The position numbers were made by a program, and so were the translations under genes. From Octopus vulgaris (lineage: Eukaryota), in NCBI GenBank assembly GCA_951406725.2, contig OX597815.1, positions 70,246,001-70,310,000 on the forward strand: DNA of 64,000 bases, read 5' to 3'. The notes beneath the pieces are model-generated. The model ran no database searches and was not told where the DNA came from. It worked only from the letters and a program-made list of their open reading frames with translations. Positions 51,440 through 63,902 of the stretch are shown here, one piece after another (position 1 is the stretch's first letter; each line of letters opens with the position of its first letter).

Positions 51440-51443
<4 letters not shown>
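50903..51443. repeat. ~540-bp near-perfect palindrome centred on (TA)n
   Basis: 50903-51148 vs 51198-51443 differ almost only in and around homopolymer/microsatellite tracts; (TA)n at both outer ends and in the centre. Confidence 0.93.
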
Positions 51444-51471
<28 letters not shown>

Positions 51472-51558
51472 TAATCCAAACGGGAAACAAAAAAACAACA
51501 ACAATGGAACAATTACAGTATTATTATTAATAGGCGCTCAGGAAATGGAAGCAGGGAG

Positions 51559-51593
51559 GTATGACGTTTCGAGCGGAGCTCTTCGTCGGAAAC
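51559..51593 (-). ncRNA. Minimal hammerhead-like motif with CCGACGA (U4C) core in a PLE-like tail
   Basis: Minus strand: gttt-CCGACGA-AGAGC-TCC-GCTC-GAAAC-GTC-atac; the tail shares tcctgagcgcc with the 5.07-kb copy. Confidence 0.6.
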
Positions 51594-51759
51594 ATAAAGA
51601 AGGAAGAGAGAGAAAGAAAGATCCCGGAGCGGGCAACGGAGATAGAGAAAAAACGGCTGGTGTTAGGAGTAGCACATGGTGAAAGGCGGATGTTTACGAT
51701 AACAAGAGCAAAGTGGGTTTTTAAAGGCAAAAGAGTGGAGACAAGGTTGGTAACGCAAC

Positions 51760-53175
51760 AGATGTGTGTGTATGTGTGAGTGTGTGCGTGTGCGTGTGTG
51801 TATGTGTGTGTGTGAGGCGAGGTAAAAAAACAAAAAATATATGTATGTGTTAGTGTGTGCGTCTGTGTGTAGGCGTGTGAGGTAGGGCGAGACGGTGGTC
51901 AGCATAGCAGCAGCATAGCAGACAAAGGTCAGTAGTGAGAAAAGGGAGGAAGGAGGAAGGGAGGGAGGGGAAGGGGTGGGGGCGTATGTAGCGTGCCAGC
52001 GTGTGTTGAGTAGTAGTGTGTGTGTGTGTCCAGTGTCGTGGTAGTATTAGTGGCGAGTAGATTGAATGTGTGTAAGAGTGATGTATATGTTTAAGCAATG
52101 TGTGTATATGTGTGCGCGTGTGTGTAACGAAAAAAAAGGGGGGGGGGTTAGGAAAAGGACTCCAGCGGAGGGGAAGATGGAAGAGTGGTCCCGCGGAGAC
52201 GGGCGTGGGAAAACCCAACGACAAGCGACATCCCAGGAACGGGCGGGAGGTCTCGTCGGGTCCAAGGGCGAGGTGCATGCGGGGCGCATGCGTGCGCGAA
52301 CCGGCGCAAACGCGTGTGTGCGCGAGCCTGCGAGTGTGCGCGTACGTATGTGTGCGTGTGGATGTGTGAGTGTGTCTGTGTGTATGTCTGGGTGGCAGTG
52401 TGTCCGATGAATGTATGTGAGTATGTGTGTATATATGTGTGTGCATAGATGTATGTCCGTGTGTGTGTGTGTGTATGTGTGTATGAGTGTGTATGTATGT
52501 ACGTGTGGGTGTGGGGAAGTGTGTGTATGTGCATGTGTGTGCGCGAACATACAGGTGTGTGAGTGAGTGCGTGTGTGTGTATGTATGTGTGAGTGTGTAT
52601 GTATGTGTGTGTAGGATGCATGTATGTGTATGGGTGTATGTATGCGTGTGTGTATGTATGTATGTGTACGTGCGTGTGTGTGTGTGTATGCGTGTAGGTG
52701 TGCGCGTGTGCATGCGTGCATGTATGTGCGTATGTGTGTGTGTGTGCATGTGTGTGGGTATATATGTGTGTGCGTATATGTGTGTGTATGTGCGTACATG
52801 TGTGTGTGTGTGCATGTGTGTGTGTAGGTGTGTAGGCGTGTGTGTATAGGTGTATGTATGTAAGTATGTATGGGTGTGTCCGTGTATGTGTGTATGTATG
52901 TGTGTGTATGTAGCTGTGTGGGCGTGTGTATATGTGTGTGTATGTGGGTGTGTAGGCGTGTGTATATAGGTGTATGTATGTATGTCTGGGTGTGTCCGTG
53001 CATGTTTGTGTGTGTGTGTGTATGCATGTGTATGTAGGTGTGTGTGTACGTGTGTAATGTATGTGTGTATGCGTGTGTATGCGTGCGTGTGTGTATGTAG
53101 GTGCGTGTGTATGTGTGATATATATATATGTGTGTGTGTGTAGGTATATACATATGTATGTATATATGCATATAT
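51760..53175. repeat. Long cryptic (GT)/(GTAT)/(GC) low-complexity tract
   Basis: Degenerate alternating purine-pyrimidine sequence; it generates the spurious His-Thr-Tyr ORFs. Confidence 0.9.
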
Positions 53176-53185
53176 ATAAAAAGAA

Positions 53186-53580
53186 AGGCTGTTTTGTAAG
53201 AAGCTTGCTTCCCAACAACATGGTTCCGGGTTCAATCCCACTGAGTCGCACCTTAGGCAAGTGTCTTCTACTATAGCCTCGGGTTCTACTAAGCCTTGTG
53301 AGTGGATTTAGTAGACGGAAACCGAAAGAAGCTCGTCATATATATATATATATGTGTGTGTGTGTGTCTGTGTCTGTGTTTGTCCCCCCTCCCCCATCGC
53401 TTAACAACAGATGTTGCTCTGTTTACGTCCCCGTAACTTAGCGGTTCTGCAAAAGAGAAGGTAGAATAAGTACAAAGCTTACAAAGAATAAGTCCTGGAG
53501 TCGATTTGTTCAACTAAAACCCCTTAAGGTGGTGCACCAGCATGGCCGCAGTCAAATAACTGAAAACAAGTAAAGGAATA
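53186..53580 (+). mobile_element. SINE family A, near full length
   Basis: Matches 19098-19529 throughout. Confidence 0.88.
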
Positions 53581-53866
53581 TCATGTATATATATACCGAG
53601 TGCTCTGTGCCATGTATTTGTGTGTTTGTGTATACGTGTATATCAAATACCTCCCAACATAATTCTTTACTTATTAAAAATTATATTTGCCCCAGGACAA
53701 CGTACCATAATTACCAAATGGTAATACAAACAGTTTCTCAATGTTAATTGCCATTTGGTAATTATGACACATCGTCTTCAGGTGGAGACAAGTTTAGTAA
53801 AGCAAGAATTTTTGATATATGATATTTGACATACCGGTATTTTCTATAATATTCAAATACATGAAG

Positions 53867-54250
53867 GTGGCCAGCTGGCAGAATCGTTGGCACACCGGAC
53901 AAAATGTTTTGCGGTATTTCGTCCGTCTTTAAATTCTGATAACTGGAATCGATGTAATCGAACTACGCCATCCCACGAACTTGCGGGCCTTGTGGCAAAA
54001 TTTGCAAACAATATTCAATTACATGTAGGCGGCGAGCTAGCAGAATCGTTAGCACGCCGTGCAAAATGCTTTGTGTCATTTTGTCCGTCTTCACGTTCTG
54101 AGTTCAAATTTCGCCGAGGACAACTTTTCCTTTGATCCTTTCGGGGCCGATAAAGTAGGTGTCAGTTGAACACTGGAGTCGATGTAATCGATTTAATTAC
54201 CTCCTCCCTCGAAGTTACTGGTCTTGTGCCAAAATCTGAAAGCAATATTC
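53867..54250 (+). mobile_element. Two tandem SINE family B copies
   Basis: Heads at 53867 (ggtggccagctggcagaatcgtt) and 54028 (ggcggcgagctagcagaatcgttagc). Confidence 0.85.
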
Positions 54251-54384
54251 AAATTCTGCCACCAGCCACTTCGAGTTATTTCTTGTAGCTAGTTTTTGTT
54301 GAAATTAACTGGGGCATAACTATTTTTCGACTCTGTTCTGTATAAACCTAAGTCTACTGGCAACTGAAGATAATGTTGATCAAT

Positions 54385-54430
54385 TGTGGCACTGATGAAG
54401 GCTGTTGGGTCAGAAATGCATGTCCACGAC
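54385..54430 (+). ncRNA. Hammerhead-like motif
   Basis: tgtggca-CTGATGA-A-GGCT-gttg-GGTC-A-GAAAT-GCAT-GTC-cacg; palindromic ATGCAT in stem III; stem I register uncertain. Confidence 0.5.
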
Positions 54431-54689
54431 TGTTCTTTTATCTCCAAACAATAAGACCGACTCTTTCTCTAATGGCATGTCACTTTTGCAGAACCTTTGA
54501 ATCTTGAAATTCTCTCCGCTTCTTAAGTGGAGTTGGTCATAAACGTCATTTGATAATTATGATACATCCCCAAGAAACGGTAATCAAGAATTTTTGTTGT
54601 ATGGTATTTAACATACAAGTATTTCTTTACGTTATTCAAATACATGCCACTAACCATTTCGAATTATTTCTCTTCGTTTACACACAAAA

Positions 54690-54759
<70 letters not shown>

Positions 54760-54819
54760 ACACACACACATACATACATTATATATATATATAAAGCATA
54801 CATACATATATCAGCATAA

Positions 54820-55143
54820 GGAATACTGGTGAAACATTCCCATCAAAACATCTGTCAAGTATAAGCATAACAGGCCGGATAGAGGTCATTTGTCATGTTG
54901 ATGTGAAATTATCCTTGAAAATTAAAGAGAAAGAAGATAACTATGGATAACAGCTTCTATATCTGGATGATAAATGTACATTTATACCTATTGGAGCACT
55001 TTTGTAAGTAGATCCCTAACTCTCAGTCTGGATAAGCTTGGATTTTCAGAAAACGAAATAAACGAACTGATTCGCACATTACAAATACAATATGTAAGCG
55101 GAACAATAAAACTATGCAAGACTTTTCTCAGATATAAAATGTG
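54820..55143 (+). mobile_element. REL-endonuclease LINE (R2/R4-group) 3' fragment
   Basis: EYW*NIPIKT..KHNRPD; KEKEDNYG; FIPIGAL; LDKLGF..LIRTLQIQYVSGTIKLCKTFL..M*. Confidence 0.7.
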
Positions 55144-55447
55144 ACATTGTTTTCGTTATCTACATTCCCAAGATAGAGTTTTGCATCTGTTAGAGACCAA
55201 CTCCTTCAGAAGAAAAATTTTAATGATTAAAAACAGAAGTGACGTACAGACATAAGTAATAATTTTATATTCGGGTATATACCTTGTAGTATACCGTTTA
55301 AAGCCCATTCACAGTATTCGGCTACTTGATGATTTCAACAGTATGGATGTATATTCCATTGCATTTACTTCAGGAATTTCTTCCTGTCTGTAGAGTTTAT
55401 AAAATATATGAGAGAAAGAAAGCGGAATTCATGAGATTCTTTATTAT

Positions 55448-55555
55448 TCACTACGACCGTTTCGACCCGTCGCGCATTTGGTCGGTGACTCGCGAGTGGG
55501 ATGCTAAACAAACAGTTGTGGTGCACCGAAGGTGCGGATGTGTCTCATCAAGTGA
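55448..55555 (-). ncRNA. Type I hammerhead with long stem II (C3U)
   Basis: Minus strand: TCAC-TTGATGA-GAC..CGCA..TCGGTG....CACCGA..TGCG..GTC-GAAAC-GGTC-GTA-GTGA then AATAATAAA. Confidence 0.75.
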
Positions 55556-56383
55556 CTTGTGAAAAGGTACCTCGTTTTTTAATCTTCGTTTCGTTTATTT
55601 CTATTAGAATACATTTTGGTAGTTGTCTATGCTAATCGTCTATACGAGTAACACATAAATACATACATACACATACATACATACATACATACATACATAC
55701 ATACATACATACATACATACATACATACATACATACATGCATGCATACATACATACATTCATACACATACATGCATTCATACATACATACATACATACAT
55801 ACATACATACATACATACATACATACATGCATGCATGCATACATACATACATTCATACATACATACATGCATTCATACATACATACATACATACATACAT
55901 ACATACATACATACATGCATGCATACATACATACATTCATACATACATACATACATACATACATTCATACATACATACATACATACATACATACATACAT
56001 ACATACATACATGCATACATACATACATACATACATACGTACATACATACATACATACATACATACATAAGGTTATTAAGCGTGCTCCCATTATTCTTAA
56101 CCTTGCATTCTCCTATTCCTTTCCCTTACTTTCTTGAATCAATGTCAAATACTCAGCTATTCATATATCTCCTCCCTTCTTATCTTTCTATTCATTATAC
56201 TGGGTTTTTTTCACTCATTTGTTAAATACTTCTTGTTGATAATGATACTTAATTCTTGTACTCTCCCCTTCCAGAGAACTCTTTTTATTAAAAGTTACTG
56301 TTTAACATCCTATAAAATTTCTGTTTTGTGCGTATGTTGATTTACTGCGCCTCACTTTCTCCTGCTTCCCCTGTTCCTATTTT

Positions 56384-56434
<51 letters not shown>

Positions 56435-56511
56435 CTCTCTCTTTCTTTCTTTCTTTCTGTCTCTCTCTCTCTCTTTCTTTCTTTCTCTCTTTCTTTCTTT
56501 CGTTCTTTCTC

Positions 56512-56580
<69 letters not shown>

Positions 56581-56629
56581 ATTTCTACCGTTCAAAATTA
56601 TCAGCTTCTAGTCTAATTATATATAATGC

Positions 56630-56671
<42 letters not shown>

Positions 56672-56929
56672 GCATATATATGTGTATGTGTGTGTATATG
56701 TGTGTGCATCTGTGTGTATGTATATATATATATATATGTGTATGTGTATGTATGTATGTATGTATGCATGCGTGCATTTATGTGTGTCAAAGCTTTTACA
56801 GGGGAAGTTTCGGCTTCTTCGCGTTCATCAAAATGTTTGATGAAGGCGAGAGTCCGATGCCAAATGTTAAAAAATATGTCCACTACTAAAAAGTATTTTC
56901 TAATACTTCAGTTTAATGTTAAAATGTTC

Positions 56930-56977
<48 letters not shown>

Positions 56978-56979
<2 letters not shown>

Positions 56980-57278
56980 AGGCGCAATGGCCCAGTGGTT
57001 AGGGCAGCGGACTTGCGGTCGTAGGATCGCGGTTTCGATTCCCAGATCAGGTATTGTGAGTGTTTTTTCGAGCGAAAACACCTAAAACTCCACGATGCTC
57101 CGGCAGGAGGTGGTGGTGAACCCTGCTGTGCTCCTTCACCACAACTTTCTCTCACTCTTTCTTCTGTTGGCCTGCTCGCTTAGCCAGCGGAGTGGCGTCA
57201 TTGAAGGCTAAAACAATGCGAAGCGCATTGTGACCAGCGATGTGTAGCAACATCTGATGGCCTGGTCAGTCACGTGAT

Positions 57279-57286
<8 letters not shown>
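56978..57286 (+). mobile_element. tRNA-derived SINE family C
   Basis: GGAGGCGCAATGGCCCAGTGGTTAGGGCAGCGGACT..GGTTTCGATTCCC head; unique body; CACGTGAT x2 tail followed by (TA)n. Confidence 0.8.
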
Positions 57287-57330
<44 letters not shown>

Positions 57331-57589
57331 GAAGACATTTTCCCATGGTGCCATGCAGTGAGACTGAACCTGGAACCATTTTGGTTGGTAAGTAATATGT
57401 GAGAGAGAGAGAGGGGGGAGAAAGATGAACGATTTAAAATAAATAGATAATTTAAAATAAATATTTTGTAATTGTTGTGTGAGAAAGTATATATACTATG
57501 ATTATAAAATATAGTGTCTTTCAAAAACATCCTGAATTTGAACACTATATCTCGTGTTTAAGAAAAAACAAAACATTTTACATTTTATT

Positions 57590-58053
57590 TTTTATGAACC
57601 TCGTCACTTACTCTCTCTCTCCCTCTCTCACTTTGTCTTTCCCAAGAACTCTCTGCTTCCTTCTTCCACTTTTCTTTATCTTATTTTTGTTAGACACCGT
57701 CAAAAAGCTATGACTGATATTTTTTATGAACATCGTCACTTACTTTCTCTCTCCCTCTCTCACTTGGTCTTTCCCGTGAAACTCTCTGCCCTTCTTCCAC
57801 TTTTCTTTATCTTACTTTTTGTTTGTTAGACCCCATCAAAAAGCTATGGCTGATATCTTTTATGGCTAAAAGCTATGGCTGAAAATAGAATTTTATCGCT
57901 ATCCGCTGGTGCCCCGGGAAAAAAATAAGTTGACAAAACGCAGATAGGATGTTGACGAATGTCATCCCAAAATTTGAGCGACATGCGGGCTAATTTGTGG
58001 ATGTGCATAAATTACAATCACGTACACACACATCATGCCTTTTATAGATATGA
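57590..58053 (-). mobile_element. Helitron-like fragment with an internal ~130-bp tandem duplication
   Basis: 57590-57720 is similar to 57721-57860; minus-strand start TCATATCTATAAAAGGC..GTGTGTGT resembles Helitron 5' ends. Confidence 0.4.
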
Positions 58054-58207
58054 TAATAAGTGAGTGGAAATCGACCGGTGAGTGTGTATTAAATTAATTA
58101 GGCACTAAAAGAGAATGACTTTCCCCAGACACAATAAAATATGCTTCAGCACACAATTTCACATAAAGAATCTTGCAAACCAAATACAAAATGCATATAT
58201 ATATATA

Positions 58208-58615
58208 TTCTTTTATTCTTTAATTAGTTTCAGTCATTTGACTGCGGCCATACTGGAGCATCACCTTTAGGGGTTTTTGTCGAACAAATTGACCCCAGGA
58301 TCTATTCTTTGTAAGCCTTGTACTTATTCGATCGCTCTCTTTTGTCAACCGCTAAGTTACACGACAATATCGGTTGTCAGGCGATATTGGGGGAAAAAAC
58401 ACAAACACAAACGCACAAATACACACACACACACATATATATTTATATATACAACGGGGTCCATTCAGCTTCCGTGTACCAGATCCACTCACAAGGCATT
58501 GGTCGACCCGAGGCTATAATAGAAGACATTTTCCCAAGGTGCCATGCAGTGAGACTGAACCCGGAACCATTTTGGTTGGTAAGCAAGCTTCTTACCACAT
58601 AGCCACGCCTGCGCC
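58208..58615 (-). mobile_element. SINE family A, full length
   Basis: Reverse complement matches family A from head to tail. Confidence 0.88.
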
Positions 58616-58617
58616 TT

Positions 58618-58705
<88 letters not shown>

Positions 58706-58717
58706 CATTTATATATA

Positions 58718-58772
<55 letters not shown>

Positions 58773-59186
58773 TGACATAAGAATATACATCACTTCATAT
58801 ATATGTGTGCGCGCGCGAGAGTTACAAACAAGGGAAAAAGCACTCAGACCCCTAAAAACTGATTAAAAATGAGAAAGAATGCATGGGAGAATGCAATACG
58901 ATTAAATTGACTTAATGCTTAAATTTAAGGGAAAAGTGCGCCACTAACGTTTGGACGTTATTCCCTCTTCTCAATGAATAAATGACAATTAGCGAAAGCA
59001 TGCTACAAGATATCAGATTATACTTGCATGATATTGCTGTGTTTTATATTAACCCTTTGTCAACTATATTTTTGTTGAAACACACTGCCTTCCTTTCAAT
59101 TAATTTTGAAAATATGACGAGTTTAAGCATATAGCGACGAGCTGGTGGCAGCGTTAGATCACCTTGCGTTCTTTTGGTGAGAAAGC

Positions 59187-59222
59187 CTTTTACGTTTCGA
59201 GCCAACGCTCTTCAACAGAATG
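59187..59222 (-). ncRNA. Minimal hammerhead, CUGUUGA (A6U) core
   Basis: Minus strand: catt-CTGTTGA-AGAGC-GTTG-GCTC-GAAAC-GTA-AAAG. Confidence 0.7.
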
Positions 59223-59319
59223 GAATACGAGAAAATTAACAGAGAGAATATGTGCGTGCGCGCGTGAGTGTGTGTTTATGTATGGATGTATGGATGTAAG
59301 AATATGTATTTATACATGT

Positions 59320-59525
59320 GTGTCTTTGTGCTTGTGTTTGTCCCCACCACCACCACCTGACAACCGATGTTGGTTTGTTTACGTCCCGTAACTAAACGGA
59401 TCGGCGGGGAAGGGACCAATGCAATAAGTATCGGACTTTTAAAAACTACTAAGTACTACGATTGATTTGTTCGAATCCAAAGATTGAAACCGCAGTCCAA
59501 AGACTGAAACAAGTAAAAGTTAAAA
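59320..59525 (+). mobile_element. SINE family A, 3' half
   Basis: gacaaccgatgttggtttgtttacgtcccgtaact..gactgaaacaagtaaaag. Confidence 0.75.
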
Positions 59526-59743
59526 GCTACCTTACATTTCAGATTAAGAGATAGTGTACAATAAAATGACTAATTCACGTTTCCCAGAGCAAACACTGAG
59601 TCCTAGTTTTCCTTTTCTTTATTTTTTTGTATAGATACTATAAACAACTGGTCTTCAACCGGAGCCACACAACTCTTGGGGGTCCATGAAAGATTTTGTT
59701 GTTGAAGTTTATTTGCAATAAATTAGTTATATTTTTATAATAC

Positions 59744-59935
59744 TCTTTTACTTGCTTCAGTCATTTGACTGCGGCCATGCTGGAGTACCGCCTTTAGTCG
59801 AACAAATCAATCCCAGGACTTATTCTTTGTAAACCTAGTATTCATTCTATCGGCTCTTTAATCGAAACGCTAAGTTACGGGGACGTAAACACGCTAACAT
59901 CGGTTGTCAAGCGATGGTGGAGGGACAAACACACA
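59744..59935 (-). mobile_element. SINE family A, 3' half
   Basis: cttttacttgcttcagtcatttgactgcggccatgctggag..catcggttgtcaagcgatgg. Confidence 0.85.
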
Positions 59936-59937
59936 CT

Positions 59938-60273
59938 GGTTCAGTAACACTTTATTGTTAGTCAATCGGTTAAATATCTCACCAGCTAACTAATCAATCG
60001 TTTGTTCAATGTATTGGTTAAAGAATCAATAGGCTGTTTGTTTGTCAGAATCCTTTCGTCGCCATTCACCTCCTCTCTTCAAGATTTGCCTTCAGACAGA
60101 TTCAAAACAGATCTTGAAGAGAGGAGGCATGTCATCGATGAGGTTATGAATAGTGACGAAAGAACTCTGACAAGCAAACCGATTGATTCTTTAGCAAATA
60201 CATTTAACAAACGATCGATTAGTTAGTTGGTTGGATATTTAACCAATTGACTAACCATAATGTGATATTGAAC
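59938..60273. mobile_element. Diverged fold-back/MITE-like element at the SINE's internal (CA)n
   Basis: 59938-60089 is an imperfect inverted copy of 60108-60273 (one ~20-bp indel); spacer ~19 nt. Confidence 0.8.
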
Positions 60274-61036
60274 GCGTGCGTGTGTTTACTGTAAATAGCT
60301 ACCCATGAACAGATGACGGGTATTTTTTTCTGGTTAAGGCCTAATAAAATTGGATCATAGTCGGTCGATACCTTTTTCGCTGTCCATAGAGTTCTAAAAC
60401 TTGTGACATAATTTGTTTTTTAACTTTGGACAGCGAATCTAAAAATGGTGTTTACTAAAATATATATTTCAAATTTTTTACCCCAAGGATCTGTAGAAAA
60501 TCAATAGTATTAATATGCCAACTTTTTTGTTTTTGTGCGTACGTACCTGTAGTGTGTGTCACACTTCAAAGGAAGAGATAAAAAGGTTGAAGGGAGATAC
60601 TAAGAAAAAGAGAAATATAGGTGTTAAGCAGAGGAGGTATAGCTGAAGTGAGTGGCAAAACGGAAGAGAGGGAAGAGACAGAAGTAGGGGAGGCAAAGCG
60701 GCAAAGAGGGGGAAGTAAGAGGGAGTGAGGAAGAGAGAGAGAGTTGATAGCTCTGAGAGGTAAAAGAAATATAACGTGTTAAATGCAGGAGGACAGTTAG
60801 AGGCAAGGAGACATAGAGAGTGAGCGGGGAGGAGGGGAAAAGAGAGAGATTTAGAGAGAAAGATTGAGTAAAGGAAGGGAGTGGATAGAAAATAATAGTG
60901 AAAGAGAATGGAACCATTCCCTTACAGGACACACTGGAAAACTTTTCGTTTTTGACGATATATGTTAAAGCTTTATGATATGGAAATTGCAAAAACAAAT
61001 GTTGCCTATCTATCTATCCATCCATCTAGCTATCTA

Positions 61037-61099
<63 letters not shown>

Positions 61100-61549
61100 T
61101 TATCTATCTATCTACCTGTCTGTCTGACAGTAACTCTGTCTGCCTCTCTCTCTAACACACACACTCTCTCTCCTTCTGTCTGTCTCTGTCTCAGCAAATA
61201 GCTGTGGATGTTATTGTTACTTTTCTACAATTGAAGGGAGAGGTAAAATGTTTATCGGTATTTTCAGAGTAGACTGAATCATACATCGAAACAAAAATAG
61301 ATACATAGATCAAAAGACAAGTAGATACACAGATGGCAAGAATATTAGATATATAGATGCATGCACACATTGTTAAATTAAAACCGGGAGAGAGGTGGGA
61401 CACATAAGAAATGAGAAAAAAGAGAGAAAGTGAGAGAGACAGTAGATACATAGATCAAAGGAAAAGTTGATATATAGATACATAGACACACTGTTGAATC
61501 AAAGACAAATAACTACAGCAAATATTGGCTGTCACTTTCACTTTTCATT

Positions 61550-61752
61550 ACCACACGAGGATAAAATTAATTCGCAAGTGGCTGAGTACTCCACATACAT
61601 GCATACCATTAACGTAATTCTCAAGGAGATTCAGCCTCACACAGAATATGACAAGACTGGCCCCTTTCAATTACACAGCGTGCCGCCAGGAATCGCACTC
61701 ATGACCATACGATCGTGGGTCGAATACCTCTAACAACTAGGCCACGCACCTT
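61550..61752 (-). mobile_element. tRNA-derived SINE fragment
   Basis: Minus strand GGTGCGTGGCCTAGTTGTTAGAGG..GAGTGCGATTCC head plus gtggagtactcagccacttgc body. Confidence 0.6.
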
Positions 61753-62310
61753 AACTCTCTTAACCGTACAGAAAAGGAGTGAAGCGATAGAGACCGAGAA
61801 AGGAAAACATCAGTCATTTAAAATGACAATTTCGATCGATCTTTTCTAGCTTTTTTACTTTTAACAATGAAGAAGAGGGAAAGATATTTAGTAATGAGTA
61901 GAGGGCAAGTCTTTCAGGTGTTTACGTTTTTATTCTGGGAGTTCTAGAATGATCGACTGTTAGTTCTCTGTTCTCTCCCCCACCCACGGTACTCATTCGC
62001 TTTCTTTCATAGTTTTTAATGTCTTTTAGTTGTGGGGGAAAGACCATCATTTTTTTTTTCAGGCACGTTTAACGTTTGCTCAACAAACTACAAACAAAGC
62101 CCCACTCCCTTCGCGGGATATAGCTGTAAAGAGAGCCTAGAAAAATGGGTAATACCCCCTGCAAAGTGGGTAGGGGAGAAAAGTTGCCAACAGGTGGCTA
62201 CACGAAATTCAACTTTATACTTTAAAAGTGTCTTTTACTATAGCCTCGAACCGACCGAGTGAGTGGATTTCATAGACGAAAACTGAAAGAAGCCCGTCAT
62301 ATATGTATAT

Positions 62311-63163
62311 AGCAACGTCATTTACTGCATCTCTTGCTCTTTCCCTGCCCTTCTCTGTACATCAGTCAAACGGGACACCGCTTGGATGACCGATTCGCGG
62401 AACACCTCCGAGACATTAGACACGGCAATGGCACCCTAGTCTTGTGCTATTTCCGCTCTACCGGTCATTCATTACAACACCTATCTGTGTTCGGACTGTC
62501 TTTGCACAGGCGCCATCCGGACTCCCGCCTTCGCCGTGAACAAGGATTAATCTTCTCTCTTCGCTCCTTTGCTCCACATGGGCTCAACTCCTCTCTTCAC
62601 TCTTACCTACCTTCTCCTTTCGTGATACCCACTCTATCCACCCCCACCCCCACACACCCACCCTACACCCACCCTACACCCACATCCTCACCCCAAACCC
62701 ACACCCACCCTCACACTCCCACACACCAACGCCGCCACACCATATCACACACCACCACACCACTCCGCATACACTAGCACTGACTACTTCCCAACACCCA
62801 TATCATCATCCACGCACCCAGACATTACAGATGTACACACACACGCACACATCCACACGTCAAAGTCACCAGTGCATATCCACACGCACACTCGCACATA
62901 CACACGCGGACACACTCCTTCGTTTTGCGATCACTACTACTTTATTATCTACCCTTCTTCCTAGCTCTCCTGTCTAACTACTTTTGTCCAACCAGTCGCC
63001 ATGATTGACCGCTAACTCTAAAAGTTTTTTTCTTTATTCTCTCTCTGTTTATTTCCTCGCGTTCCTTTCTGTTGAAGAGCGTAGGCTCGAAACGTAAAAG
63101 ACTTTCTAATACACCTGCTTGTTGTTTATACACTTATCTTTTGTTTTTCTGTAAATTTCAACT
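62311..63163 (+). mobile_element. 5'-truncated Penelope-like element (GIY-YIG end, CA-rich UTR, hammerhead)
   Basis: SNVIYCISC..CPSLYISQTGHRLDDRFAEHLRDIR..HSLQHLSV..RLRREQGLIFSL..APHGLN; hammerhead at 63065; ends at (TA). Confidence 0.88.
63065..63100 (+). ncRNA. Minimal hammerhead, CUGUUGA (A6U) core
   Basis: CTTT-CTGTTGA-A-GAGC-GTAG-GCTC-GAAAC-GTA-AAAG with perfect stems I and II. Confidence 0.78.
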
Positions 63164-63599
63164 ATATATGTGTGTGTGTGTGTTTGTTTGTCCCTCCTAC
63201 CATCGCTTGACAACCGATGCTGGTGTGTTTGCGTCCCCATAACTTAGTTGTTCGATAGAAGAGACTGATAGAAGAAACACCAGGCTTACAAGGAATAATT
63301 TCTTCGAGTAAAGGGCCGTGTTCCAACATGTTCACCGTCAAATGACAGAAATAAGCAAAAGAATAAAAGAAGAACGTTCCGTGCCCCTAAACAAATAAGT
63401 TTCTTTGAATATGTACGACGTATTTTAAGTCTAAATAGTAATTATGTTTACGTTTGTGTAACTTAGATATATAGATATATCGGTTTTACACTTCTTTCTA
63501 TATTCTCTAACTGTCACAATAGAGAAACGTTTCACATGGCACCAGCACACAATTTACAGATGCTTACATCTTTTATACTTTCCGTGAAGTTTTCACGGC

Positions 63600-63778
63600 T
63601 CCACTGCCGCTACGTTCTGAGTTCAAATTCCTCCGAGGTTAACTTTGCCTTTCGTCCTTTCGGAGTCGATTAAATAAGTACCAGTTACGCACTGGGGTCG
63701 ATGTAATCGACTTAATCCATTTCCTGTCCTTGTTTGTCCCCTCTATGTTTAGCCCTTGTGGGCAATAAAGAATTAAAT
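63600..63778 (+). mobile_element. SINE family B with a Tx1-like 3' tail
   Basis: Meta-like domain followed by tcctgtccttgtttgtcccctctatgtttagcccttgtgggcaataaagaatt. Confidence 0.85.
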
Positions 63779-63851
63779 ATGTTTGTGTATGTATGTGTGT
63801 CTGTGTATACAGATACACATATATTCACATATGCCCGCGTACCTACTCACT

Positions 63852-63902
<51 letters not shown>

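Larger units (their letters stand above)
62226..63372 (+). mobile_element. SINE family A split by a PLE insertion in its internal (TA)n
   Basis: 5' part 62226-62310 and 3' part 63164-63372 flank the PLE. Confidence 0.8.

Noticed and set aside
51850-53260. Long His/Thr/Tyr-rich ORFs (463, 374, 370 aa)
   Set aside because: Translations of degenerate (CA)n/(CATA)n, open in several frames, with no domain motifs.
53707-53785. Hammerhead-like motif on the minus strand (CTGAAGA..GAAAC-TGTTT-GTA) overlapping a 20-bp inverted repeat
   Set aside because: Stem I does not pair; kept only as a possible rearranged remnant and not counted as a feature.
56978-57050. tRNA gene (also SINE heads at 19098, 6290-6354, 58550-58615)
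   Set aside because: No complete cloverleaf with acceptor stem; continues into a SINE body and tail.
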